A stretch of DNA of 64,000 nucleotides from Neophaeotheca triangularis (taxonomy: Eukaryota). Positions 1 through 10,524 of the stretch are shown here, piece by piece. Below the pieces are notes generated by a model that saw only the letters and a list, made by a program, of their open reading frames with translations, did no database searches and was not told the origin of the DNA. A program made the position numbers and the translations under genes. The stretch spans positions 62,001 through 126,000 of the forward strand of contig BAAIJX010000033.1 in the NCBI GenBank assembly GCA_054600435.1, written 5' to 3'. Every line of letters starts with the position of its first letter. Within the stretch, counting starts at the first letter, position 1.

Positions 1-1302
1 ATCTGCTCCGCCAACCGCGGCTTTGCTGCTCTTGTTCTTGCTGCTGTTGCCTCGCTTCATCAGGTGCTGGTGAAATGTAAGCCCCGACGCCAGCGTCTTG
101 CTCCCTTCGCCGCCGCTCCCGCCGCCGTGGCGACTCATTGTAGTCGTCCCTCACTGGTGCGTTCCCGGTAAACAGCATTCTCGGGTCAGCAAAGAGAATC
201 CTCGGCCTGAGCATGGTTCCGCTCCTAGTGGTCCACGCGGGCTCCGGGTTTCGCGGAACGTTCATGCCTCTCATGCCCCGTCGCCTCCCACTCGGCTGTG
301 CCGCCTCTTCGCCATCCTGCCTTGGCTTGGGGACGTAATAATCGGCCTTGCAAAGTGGGCAGCAGGCGCGGCGGGAGGTGAGCCAAGGATCCACACAGGC
401 GGCGTGGAACGCGTGGCCACAGGTAAGGCCTCTAACATCATCCAGGTCTTCAAGGATATCAAGGCAAATGGCACAGCTATCCCCCGAGGCGGCTGCGAGC
501 ATTTCTGGTGGTGCGGCAGTCCTAATAGGATCGTCTTCGTCTTCCGAGTCGGCCACACTATCGTTTCTGTGTTTAGGAGCGGCATCGTTATCTACATCCC
601 GGTCGGTCATGGTTGTATCGGCAGTATCCATGCGCTCGACAGTCATGCGCTTCTCAGACTTGGTCGGGGAGGAAGGACCTTGGATCTCTGGTGCGGAACC
701 GATGGCGGGGGTAGCGTGATCTTGCGAAGCGATGCCGGAAACTTGATTGCTTCTCGAGCTCTCCACACTGCCTCTGTTCTCCTTGTTCTCGTCGAGGACT
801 CCGCCTTCTTCCTTGATACTGGCTGCCCTGCTCGGCGGCATAGAGAGTCCACCGGCAGCGGGTAGTCCTTCCGCTTCTCGCGAAGATCTCCATGATTTGT
901 ATTTGGTCAATGGGAACCTCTCGTTCACCTCCTCCATGCTCATCAGTTTCTTCTCCTTTCGCCGTCTGTGAGGACGGCCGGGCATAGCGGCAAGGTCTAT
1001 CGGGTCGCCATTCTCGTTGAGCCGGCCGGCGGCAGCAGCTGCTCGATTGCGTTGATTGTAGCGGAAACAGTATTTGACGCCAACAATGATCCTGTAGCAA
1101 ACTGGTGAGCAAGGTTACACGCTTGGGACGGTAAGTGAGCAAAATCCTACCATAAGTTGGTGAATACCACACCGAAGCCAAGGGCGACAAAGAATAGCAA
1201 GGGCGAACTCGTTGGTCCTCCCCCTCCGCCGCCACTGTCGCCATCATCGCTCGTCGACGACGGGGAAGGGCTGGTCAGGGTCGATGTAGGATCGGCAGAC
1301 AT
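1..1302 (-). CDS. RING-H2 finger membrane E3 ubiquitin ligase (3' end runs off the window); intron 1092-1150
   Basis: ATG at 1302. Removing the GTAGGA...CTACAG intron gives PLLFFVALGFGVVFTNLW|IIVGVKYCFRYNQR (TM segment). RING-H2 motif CAICLDILEDLDDVRGLTCGHAFHAACVDPWLTSRRACCPLCKADY at about 330-480. Confidence 0.88.
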
Positions 1303-1696
1303 GTTTGTGTATGACGATACCTAGGCAATCGCTAGTGCTGGTTCTTGCCTTTTAGTTGTGACCAAGCCGGGGTTGTGAAGTGCACCGGGGTCGGCAATGG
1401 CGATGCTGTCGGGGCCTGAGTTCTAGGTAGTAGTTGTAGTCGGTCGCAAGGGACGTGTCGGCAAGATTGAGAAACGAAGTGCCTGTAGAGTGCGTAAAAA
1501 CGTTGTCGAGTTACTACGTGGCTCAGATGGCAGCTGACAGGACAATAGCGCAGAGTGCCATTCACTTCCGTCGAGGTCCGGGATTTACAGTGCTACTGAA
1601 GCGTACGCGGGATGGCCGGCTGAAGCGATTGCGACTGAGAGGCGTCTAATGCGAATGCGGTGTATGGAGGTGGCGATGAGAAGGGGTAAGGCAGGT

Positions 1697-1747
1697 AGGC
1701 TAGAAGAGGATAGGATAGGATGGAATAATGGAATGGGATGGAATAGA
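1697..1747. repeat. Degenerate GGATA/GGAAT pentanucleotide microsatellite
   Basis: ggataggataggatggaataatggaatgggatggaatag. Confidence 0.6.
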
Positions 1748-3172
1748 GATGCAAAGAGGCAAAAGCAATAGCGTGGGAAGAAAGACCCTGCAGTTGTGTC
1801 GGCAGAGTAGAGTTGGGAGCAGGCGGGACAGGGCGTCCGCGTCCGCAGTCGGCAGTAGTAGTGAGGTATACTGTGTGGCAGAGGACGTGTCGGGCGGAGA
1901 GGGAGAATAATGTGGGAGAATAAGGTAACAACGTTAGTTAATGGGAGATGCCCGCAGACGGAACGTCGACGGTCGGGGAGGGGGAGTCGAGCAAGTCGGG
2001 ATGATACTAGTTGGTGTACCTTCTACGCGGGCGGACATCCTAGTGGAGAGTGTGCTTGGCGTCGGCAACTTCGATGACGGCCACGCCCATGCCCTCCACT
2101 GGACTGCCCGCCCTGCCTATACGGATTAACTTACTATGTAATAATGGTGCTACTGCACTCCAATCTCCTAGCCTCAAACTACCACAGTACCTACCTAGCA
2201 CTACCTAGTACTCCCCTGCTCTGCCAAGTCAACTATCAAATGATTAGAAACATCAATCATGATAAATAACCCGATGATCATGACATGAGATCGATCCTTT
2301 TGCCTCTACGATCCAACATGACAATGGAACATAACGCAAATCTGCATACCTACCGAAACCGGCCGCACGCAAACTTCGAATCGAATAAGGTACTACTAGC
2401 ACGTCTCATGTAACATACCTTACCAGGTCATTAAGTTATTTGCGTTTTTCCTCGGCATACTGCTGCGGAAAAGGGTTCGTGGTGTACTAGGAAGAGAGGT
2501 ACAAGAGGTACATGATGATTGCACCCCTCATGGCTATCGGGCTATGCCGTTTACCTGTCTTCGCCACACGTACCTAGCAGAGATACAACAAATGGATTTC
2601 TAGACCTCTCGTCATGATCAGACGGGAACCGCTTGAAGTCGGAGACGTCACTGCCCGTTACAGTATCCATCTCATTCTCATACAGTACCTTAAGCAAGAC
2701 GCCATCACCCACTGATGAGATTACATCCCTACCTACGTACTTGTACGACCCAACCCATGTAATAATGCCCCCGTTCTGTTCGGCATTCTCAAATGTCCCT
2801 TGCCATACCCCTCCGCGTGGCGCTGGCATGGAAGGTAATCTGCGAGCTAGAACTGCTTGGTTACTACTCACAGCCTTGCAACTTCTCAAGGTAGCCAAGT
2901 CTACGCGAGAATTGCGATGCGGCGTGGCGGGAGTGGTTGAGGGTGGTGCTTCAGGGTGATCTGTGTACTCTAGCATTGATCGACCATGTCAAGTCCAATA
3001 AGTGCTGCCCGGCTTTTTTGTAGAGGGCAGGCAAATAAAGAGTCGGTACGTCCGCTGGCACTTCTACAGGACATCTTCGTGGGAGCCATTATTGGTTACC
3101 AAACTCGCCGGATGTGGACACCAACTCAATTGTTGAATGCTTTCTCTTTTCATTTTCTGGCTACACACTCAA

Positions 3173-5488
3173 CTAGCTCTCTGCATCCTCGTCTTCCGTC
3201 GACTGTTCAATCGCCCTCGACGATGCCCTCCTTGGATCCTCCTTGACCAACATAACTTTCGTGCTACCATCTCTCGTAGCCCCGTCCAGATCTACGCCGC
3301 TATCACTGGACTTCTTCGCCGCCTCCTTGTCGTAGCTCTGCGCATCTATCCCCAGGATACCACCGACGTTGTTGCGATCACCCGGTACGCTGAACTCGCG
3401 AAAGGCGTACCGCCATTCGTTGAGGAACTGTCTAACAGCTTTCCCAACCTTGTCCTTGCCGTTTTTGCTGTGGTGACCTGTTCCGCAGATGGCATAGACG
3501 GGTCTAGTGGCACCCTTCTGCTCAGCCAGGCAAGAGGTAAGGTATGAAACGGCTTCTTCAGGATGCAGCCCGTGAAGGTCAACGTAGAGCTCCTTTGAAG
3601 CCCCTCCAGCTTGGTGCTTGTTTCTCTCCTCGTACAGTGCTCTGGCTGCCTCTCGGTGCGCTTCTCTCATGGCTCCATTTTCACTCTGGCCCCTCAAACT
3701 CAACGCCTTGGCACCACGAGCGTCGTTACGGTTCCAGGCTTGTGCTGCACTCTGCAGGAACTTGTTACGCAGACCTCCGTGTTTGAAGGCCTCGGCACGT
3801 GCCTTGAGATAGGCGCGGTTTGCATTGTCGCCAGTCTCTAGCCACGGTACTTCCTTCGGCGCTGGGATACCCATGGCTGTGCTACTGTTCTCGCGACTGC
3901 TGGTGAAGGATCGATTGGCCCGAAGCCCGCGGCGCATAGCTTCCGCTGATTTGCTGCTGGGCGCTGGTGAAGGAGAATTCCGCACTACGTCGGCCAGGTT
4001 GCTAGGCTGCAGCTGGTGGTTGTTGTTTGAAGCATTGGGATTCTGATTGTGGTGGCCGTGTCCACCTCGCTTGCCGTGATGCCTCTTACCAGATTTGACA
4101 CCTGCCGATGCTGTCAAGGTCGGAAAAGAATCGTCATCTTGGAAGTTAGGCTGCTGTGACGGTGTGCCGGTGCGGGAGGCATGACGGCTACCAGGACGAG
4201 AGTTGGGACGACTGTTACCGTAGCGTGGCCCTGTCGGCACGAAATTTGGAAAGAAGGATGGCTGGGACTGTTGTATCGCTTCGACCTGCTGCTGCTGGAG
4301 GACAGAATTGAGTGTGTGCGGGTCAAACGTGGATGTATCTTCGTAAGGATTGCTAGTAGTGGGCTGCAAAGCAGGGAAGCTGTCGTAATCTTGGAGCTGG
4401 AAGTTCGGCGTGAACTGCTGTGGTGTGTTGACGCCACTACCGTTCATGTTGAGGTTGTTCATCAGAGTGGCCGGATCGTGCGAAAAGAGGCAAGCGCTGC
4501 CGGCTATGCAATTCCCTTGCAACCAATACTTGCACACATGGTTCTTAACTTCGTGTGCGAAGCGACAGTCTGCTCGGGCACAGTGGCCACTTGTGAGCCA
4601 ATACCGGCATACGATCGGCGATCTCTGCTGGCCGGCCGGTGTGACGGGTCGCGAGGAGGGTGACATGTTCTTGCCTATTAGGTGGAAGCGGTTCTGCGAC
4701 TCCTGTTGCTGCTGCTGCAATGCGGCAGCCATTACGTTTGCACCCATACCTTGCGCTTCCATCAGAGCGTTAATGGTCTGGCTGAGATCATAGCCATTTG
4801 CCTCCAATATTTGATCGAGCTCTTCGTCCGTCCTGTCCTCTTGCAGAATAGATCTTATCATGTCAAACGGCGTCATATCACTCGTGTAAGGTGTCATGAA
4901 TTCGGAAGAGCTGTATCCAGCCTCACCGAAAGATGCATTACTACTCGTATCATCGTTGACAAGCCAGTCAACATTCTCAGACCCGTAATCACCGTAGTTC
5001 TCGGTCGAAGGTGAAGCATCGCTGAATTGATAGGCGCTCAGTCGAGGGCTGTGCGGAATCGCTGGGCTCGCAAACGCAAGACGTGGGGAAGGACGAGGGG
5101 AGGTGAACGGAGAAGCGGTTGAAGACTTGGTTCGCGCGAAGGCAGGTGCCTGTGGCCCCAGACCCGGAGGAGCAGCTGGCGCGGCGTTTGCTGGCCTCGG
5201 TGAGCCCGACAGCGAGCTCGGGGTGGCGGAACGCTGTTGAAGCCAGGGAGCTGGCGAACGAGAGCGGATGACTGTTGCGCCACGAGTGGCTGGTGGCGAA
5301 CTGTCCTTGTCGCCAGCCTCCTTCCACTTCCAGAGTGCACCAAGAACAGCATCCTCGAGAGCTTTGTCCTTGAGGCTGAATGGCTCACCGCTCAGTAGCT
5401 CCTCGAGCCGATCCGTCTTCTCTTCGTCCGCCAGCTTCTCGTCTTCGAGGACCGGGCGGCAAAACTCGTACATCTTGTGGGACACCAT
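3173..5488 (-). CDS. CCCH zinc finger and Smr/DUF1771 domain protein
   Basis: Two CCCH fingers (CRYWLTSGHCARADCRFAH; CKYWLQGNCIAGSACLFSH), DUF1771-like helix (SAAQAWNRNDARGAKALS) and Smr domain (VDLHGLHPEEA...ICGTGHHS). Likely start MVSHKMY at 5488; single exon. Confidence 0.92.
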   Translation of the reverse strand: MVSHKMYEFCRPVLEDEKLADEEKTDRLEELLSGEPFSLKDKALEDAVLGALWKWKEAGDKDSSPPATRGATVIRSRSPAPWLQQRSATPSSLSGSPRPANAAPAAPPGLGPQAPAFARTKSSTASPFTSPRPSPRLAFASPAIPHSPRLSAYQFSDASPSTENYGDYGSENVDWLVNDDTSSNASFGEAGYSSSEFMTPYTSDMTPFDMIRSILQEDRTDEELDQILEANGYDLSQTINALMEAQGMGANVMAAALQQQQQESQNRFHLIGKNMSPSSRPVTPAGQQRSPIVCRYWLTSGHCARADCRFAHEVKNHVCKYWLQGNCIAGSACLFSHDPATLMNNLNMNGSGVNTPQQFTPNFQLQDYDSFPALQPTTSNPYEDTSTFDPHTLNSVLQQQQVEAIQQSQPSFFPNFVPTGPRYGNSRPNSRPGSRHASRTGTPSQQPNFQDDDSFPTLTASAGVKSGKRHHGKRGGHGHHNQNPNASNNNHQLQPSNLADVVRNSPSPAPSSKSAEAMRRGLRANRSFTSSRENSSTAMGIPAPKEVPWLETGDNANRAYLKARAEAFKHGGLRNKFLQSAAQAWNRNDARGAKALSLRGQSENGAMREAHREAARALYEERNKHQAGGASKELYVDLHGLHPEEAVSYLTSCLAEQKGATRPVYAICGTGHHSKNGKDKVGKAVRQFLNEWRYAFREFSVPGDRNNVGGILGIDAQSYDKEAAKKSSDSGVDLDGATRDGSTKVMLVKEDPRRASSRAIEQSTEDEDAES

Positions 5489-6310
5489 GGCCGCACGCGG
5501 TAATGGGTGCTGGGAACCTAGTGTAGTGAATGGTGGGCGCAAAGGTGATGGTGGAGGCTCGGTTGCATGGATGCGCGCGCGGCTGTTGTTGCTTTGGCCC
5601 CTCCTGTCAAAGGATATGGGCGTCGTTAAAGGGGGGATGGCAGTGTAGCGCAGAGTGAACGTGGGTGATCGTTAGATCCGTGTGCTCGCTGGCAAAATCG
5701 TGAGGTCGTCAATGTAGGAGAGAATCTGGGTATGGGAGTGCGAGTGGGAGAAAGAGAGAGTCGGCGGGTAGTAGTGCTGAGGGTCGGGAGTAAGTCGCGG
5801 TGATGGCTACCTAAGCCTAAGGTAGGTAGCGTCACTGGAAAGCGTGAAGGAAGCTCACTCAGCTGGTCGCGGGGGCGGGAAGGACACGGAGCGCTGAATG
5901 GCAGTGGCAGGCACCTCATCTCAGCTTGAGACGACGAACTTCACACGTGCTTGAGCTTGATTCGATTACCTTAGGTGGCCGTCCTTTTCTTTTTTTCTTT
6001 TTTTTGGCGAGCCTGGTTTGTTAGCAAGCACTACCTCCCGATCAAGACACAGTAGTGGATATCTTTGGGGACAGCATCATAAAGGTGTTATTCCACGAAT
6101 TTTGCCATCTACCCACCATCCGTCGGCGTTATATTCTGTATTGACCAAAGAAGACGCCATCATTGGAGCAAGCGAGTCGGCTGTCATCCGGGGAATCCCA
6201 AGTGCTTGGTGAATCGGTGATAGGCTGACGGCACCTCACCTCTGCCACCTACATACTCTTTCACGGCCAATACCACATAGCAGGGGGGCCGCTAACAGAT
6301 ACCTCTCGCC

Positions 6311-7138
6311 ATGGCCACCGCCGAAGAGCCCCGGACGCACCAGCAACCACCTTCGCTTTCCACCCAGGTCTTACAGCCCCAGGCCGTCCCGACTCCGGCC
6401 TTCACTTTCGACAACTACCTCAAACAATTCCTACCTCAGCTCGGCCAACCCTCAAAGATCACTCGTCCCATATGCCCCGACTTTAAGTCTGGAAACTGCC
6501 CACGTGGTCCTCTCTGCCCGGACCGACACTACGTTCCACCGGGGGAACGCTCTGGTCTTAGACATCTCATTTGCAAGCATTACATTCGCGGCCTCTGCAA
6601 ACGAGGCGACGCGTGCGAGTACGCTCACAACTTCGACTTGAGGGACGAGAGGGAATGCAAGGAGTTTTCTCGCTACGGCATTTGCCCTCAAGGCGACGAC
6701 TGCCCCTACATCCATGTCCATCCGACCTCCCCTCTACGTTTGCCGGCTTGCCCGCACTACACCAGGGGCTTTTGCCCACTGGGACCCTACTGTAGTATGC
6801 GCCATATCAAGCATCCGACACTCTGCCCTTATTTCCTTGCAGGCTTCTGTCCGAATGGAAGGTCTCACCCACCGGACAACGACAAGGTCGTAAGCTGCGA
6901 GCATGGCGCCCACGCTCGGTGGATCAAGGATGAAGATTTGCATCCTGCCAAACCAGAAGTACGGAAGCCACGGGACGAGGAGACGGAGAGGAAAGCTCAG
7001 GATGAACGAGAGGATGAGTTTTGGGCGGAAATGGAAAGGCGTGAAGAGGCGAGACAAAGGGGTGAGGGCGGTGTGGGGAGATGGGGCGGTATGAGGAGAA
7101 GGGGTCGGGGTGGTAGGAACTTTACGAGGAGGTATTAG
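6311..7138 (+). CDS. YTH1: mRNA 3'-end processing factor Yth1/CPSF30
   Basis: Five tandem CCCH fingers including ICKHYIRGLCKRGDACEYAH and CPHYTRGFCPLGPYCSMRH; RG-rich tail. Confidence 0.88.
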   Translation: MATAEEPRTHQQPPSLSTQVLQPQAVPTPAFTFDNYLKQFLPQLGQPSKITRPICPDFKSGNCPRGPLCPDRHYVPPGERSGLRHLICKHYIRGLCKRGDACEYAHNFDLRDERECKEFSRYGICPQGDDCPYIHVHPTSPLRLPACPHYTRGFCPLGPYCSMRHIKHPTLCPYFLAGFCPNGRSHPPDNDKVVSCEHGAHARWIKDEDLHPAKPEVRKPRDEETERKAQDEREDEFWAEMERREEARQRGEGGVGRWGGMRRRGRGGRNFTRRY

Positions 7139-7592
7139 ATGATGTATTCTCCAGGGCGGTTGTTTTGCCAACTCTGCTGCGGATTGAAAGTTATGGATTG
7201 GACAGCCGTCACCGTCCTCCGGGGGGCCAGGACACGCTCTCCGGCAATACCAATCACCGCGTCTTCTTGTCAGCATTCTGTGCTTGGAAAATGACGTTCG
7301 GTCGCATGTCACTATGAGTGGATTGTGGTGAGGTGAGGTCAAGGCCAACCAATGTTTGTCAGTGCCTTGGCCCTAAAATCCTCACTTCCAGGCACCCACT
7401 GCCTGTGTATGCTGGTGAGGTGAGGTTAGAGACAGCCAGAAGTTGCCAGCGCTCGAGCCCAAGATTACTCACTTTCAGGAATCCACCCACGGACTCGCGA
7501 ATCTTCACCTTCATCAACGCGGACGCTGGATCGCTTCTGCAACACCGCGCAAAACACATCATATGTAGCATCTCAACGACAACGCTACGGTC

Positions 7593-9005
7593 ATGGCGCC
7601 ACCGCGCAAGTCCACTAAGATGCCAGCTACCCCCAAGCCAGGCTCCTTTGGTGGTCGAGCCGTTCAAAAGAACAATCCGAACGCAATCAAAGGAGTCACC
7701 ACTGGGCCTTTTGTTGACGTCGATGAAGACGACCATTTCTGTACGAGCAGTCTGGGCAGTCCGGGCCTTGCAAACAGCATCGGCTCATCCTTCATGGATA
7801 CTTCCGACCTAGCTAACCCAAAAAAAGTGCGCGAGCGTTCTGCGACCGCGACTAGCGGCAATGCCACGTTAAGCGAGGAGTCTACACCACCACCAGCACT
7901 CAAGGGAAAGAATCACTCGAAGAATAAGAAGAAGCAGCTCATGAGAAAGGGAAAAGTCAAGAAGGCAAAAAGTTCCACCAAGCGAGACACCGGCAATACC
8001 AACTCCAAGAGGTCTGGAAGCAAGGCAGACGTTGACGAGACGGAATTGTACCGCTGCATCTGTGGCCTGTCTGCAGTCGCCGATGAAGGCGTCCTCAGCA
8101 TCTGCTGTGATGGCTGCAACAAGTGGCAGCATCAGCAGTGCATGGGCCTGAACAGAGAAGAGTGCGAAGGCAGAGACGAGTACTTTTATGAGCAGTGCTG
8201 TCCTGAAGAGCACCACGATATTTGCCAGGCCCTTGAGCGTGGGGACGAGAATCCGAAGAAGCGCAAGGAAGACGTAGCCGCACTGATGAAGCTCGCAGAA
8301 GATCTCAACTGGTTCCGCGCTAGTTGGGAGGGCATGCCCTTCACCCTGGCTCAATATGATAGCAGAAACAAGGATTTTGGGGACGGCATCAAGAAGAGCA
8401 AGGGCAAAGCCAAGGTTGGAGGAAAGCCTAAGACTCAGATGCCATCCACTGGTGCGAAACCGGTCGAGCCTGTCGCTCGTGGGACTTCGGTTCAACGCTC
8501 GCGCAAGCGCATCAGCTACGCCGACACCGCCATCGAGGAGGATGAGGCTGAGCTTGAGCCGGATTCGCTTTTGGATGCCAAGCCGAAGTCGAGTGGAAAG
8601 ACAAAGGCTAGCCCCAGCCCATCCACCACCTTGCCCAAGGAACCAGATGCTTTCGCTCTCGGCATCAAAAGGGGCCTTCAAGCCCTCTTCGACACAGCCG
8701 AACCGAAGGTCCTGAACGTCTGGGTCTTCGATTTGGCTACACCACGCCCACATCCTGCTGGCCTCGAGGAAAGGATCAGGATCGCGTTTCGCTGGACTGC
8801 ATCGCGCCTGTGGTCCGGACCTACTGGAGACCGTGACGCTGCTGTCGCTCTCGATCTGTTCGGTGAGGTCCTTGGGTACACTCCAAAAGGACATCACGAG
8901 CTTGCCGAGGACGAGGATGCGTGGTACGCTTGGGCAAACCGCAACTTTCCTGTGCGCTTCCCGTCGCAGGCTGGGGAGGTGCTGCCAGGTGTTACTATTA
9001 GGTAG
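7593..9005 (+). CDS. Lys-rich protein with a PHD finger (one zinc-ligand Cys replaced by Tyr)
   Basis: 470-aa intronless ORF containing RCICG...ICCDGCNKWQHQQCMGL...EYFYEQC. Confidence 0.75.
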   Translation: MAPPRKSTKMPATPKPGSFGGRAVQKNNPNAIKGVTTGPFVDVDEDDHFCTSSLGSPGLANSIGSSFMDTSDLANPKKVRERSATATSGNATLSEESTPPPALKGKNHSKNKKKQLMRKGKVKKAKSSTKRDTGNTNSKRSGSKADVDETELYRCICGLSAVADEGVLSICCDGCNKWQHQQCMGLNREECEGRDEYFYEQCCPEEHHDICQALERGDENPKKRKEDVAALMKLAEDLNWFRASWEGMPFTLAQYDSRNKDFGDGIKKSKGKAKVGGKPKTQMPSTGAKPVEPVARGTSVQRSRKRISYADTAIEEDEAELEPDSLLDAKPKSSGKTKASPSPSTTLPKEPDAFALGIKRGLQALFDTAEPKVLNVWVFDLATPRPHPAGLEERIRIAFRWTASRLWSGPTGDRDAAVALDLFGEVLGYTPKGHHELAEDEDAWYAWANRNFPVRFPSQAGEVLPGVTIR

Positions 9006-10524
9006 ACGCCTCTTGATTGCCACACGTGAAGCCAATCGAATAGGGACAACAGCAGGCTGGGCGAGAAGGGGTAAGGTTGGAGCAAATGACAGGTGTCAGT
9101 AGCAAAGAATTGCGGACGATGCCATTCTCAGACGTGTTGCCTTAGCGCTAGCTTACGTACTTTTCCAATTACAACTACCATGAAACTTCTCGCTATCTGC
9201 AGGGCAGCTACCTGACCAAGGCCATTGGGCCCCCCTTCCCCGTGTGGGCGTTTCCAGTCACCACCATAGCGCTGAAGCTTTGCGTAACAAAAGTCATAAG
9301 TGTTTCTTGTAAGGTTGATTATACACGTTGCAAGATCTTGATGAGAGATAGTGAATCCCTTCGCGGAGAGCTGATCACTCGGATGCGGGAAAGAGGACTT
9401 GAAGCAAAGTAGGTACCAGAGAGGTCCTTGTGGACATCGGGAGATATGGGTTTTCAGCCGTATGACGGCGTTGGAGATTTGAAGGAGAGGCACGTCTTCG
9501 ATAGCAAAGTCCAATCGTAGCCGATGCTCTTGACAGCATGCCAGCCTTCGTCGTAAGTAGCTTTTTTGATGGCGGTAGGGTGCCTTTACCTGACTGTTTG
9601 GGACTAACTTTTCCCTTGTTTTGTAGCCTGGCACTCTAGTGGGTCAAGCTCACAATAAAGTAGAGCCTTGTTGGCAGCTTCTTACTTCTATCCATGATTA
9701 TTGCATACTGTTGTGGACTCCAGAGAAAGGATGAGCAAAGGTCCCAAGAGCTCCTTGGATCTACAGAGCAGTAGCTATAGGAGCACGACACGATTGTGTA
9801 GCTTGCTCTATCAACTCCATTGCAGGTAAGTCAAGTCAGATTACATAGCATGCGGAATCAGATCAACTCGTGAGTAATGACTAGACAGAAAGCGGCGGAT
9901 TGGCTATGGGACACCGCAAGTGAGCTTGTGATTGTCCTGTGTTACGTCGCCATGGCACTTAGGACTTGGATTCTGGAAGGTAATTTCCCTTGCAATCAAT
10001 CGATGTCTGCATTGGCATTGTTTCTATATGTATGTGTCGGGCCCGATTGTTAGGGTTAGGGTTTGGTTACGCTTATCCCTGAAAATCGCTTCCTTACCCG
10101 TTTTGACGCTTCCAACCGGAAACACATTGACGTTTCAACAGTCGCGAGTTCGCGCACGATGCAGCCCTGAATAAAGTTGAAGGTGCCGGCAAGATTACTG
10201 CTGTTACTGGTCCATGCTGCTCATAATTTAGTCGGCGGTGACTATGGTACTTGCAAATATCTTGAGATCACTCCCTTACGCATGCCTTGCAGCGAAGACC
10301 AACAGGACTCGACCAGTTCAAGTAGTACCTGGCCGATGGTGGTACCAACAAGCACACGTGCGTAAAGTACATTCATAAGAATACAGAACGAGAACGAACA
10401 CGAGCGTAGGGTGACTGTACTTTTTCGATACACATTTGACCTTGATACGGTCCACCCGATATTTCAACTACCACGAGGTCACGAGGGTTCTCCCTGCCAG
10501 CTAGATAGGTAGTGCAGCAAGCAA

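Noticed and set aside
98..865. Long antisense or overlapping ORFs (98-865, 7869-9035, 22171-22956, 26233-26934, 62760-63593)
   Set aside because: Shadow frames of GC-rich real genes, with no independent motifs.
2551..2976. 141-aa minus-strand ORF and overlapping 108-aa plus-strand ORF
   Set aside because: No recognisable motif and no clear codon bias; cannot be supported as a gene.
9128..9900. 168-aa minus-strand ORF or possible degenerate TE
   Set aside because: Non-ATG start, no RT, transposase or other motifs, and no terminal repeats seen.
10049..10068. TTAGGG telomere-like repeat
   Set aside because: Only two perfect units; expected by chance or as a simple promoter word.
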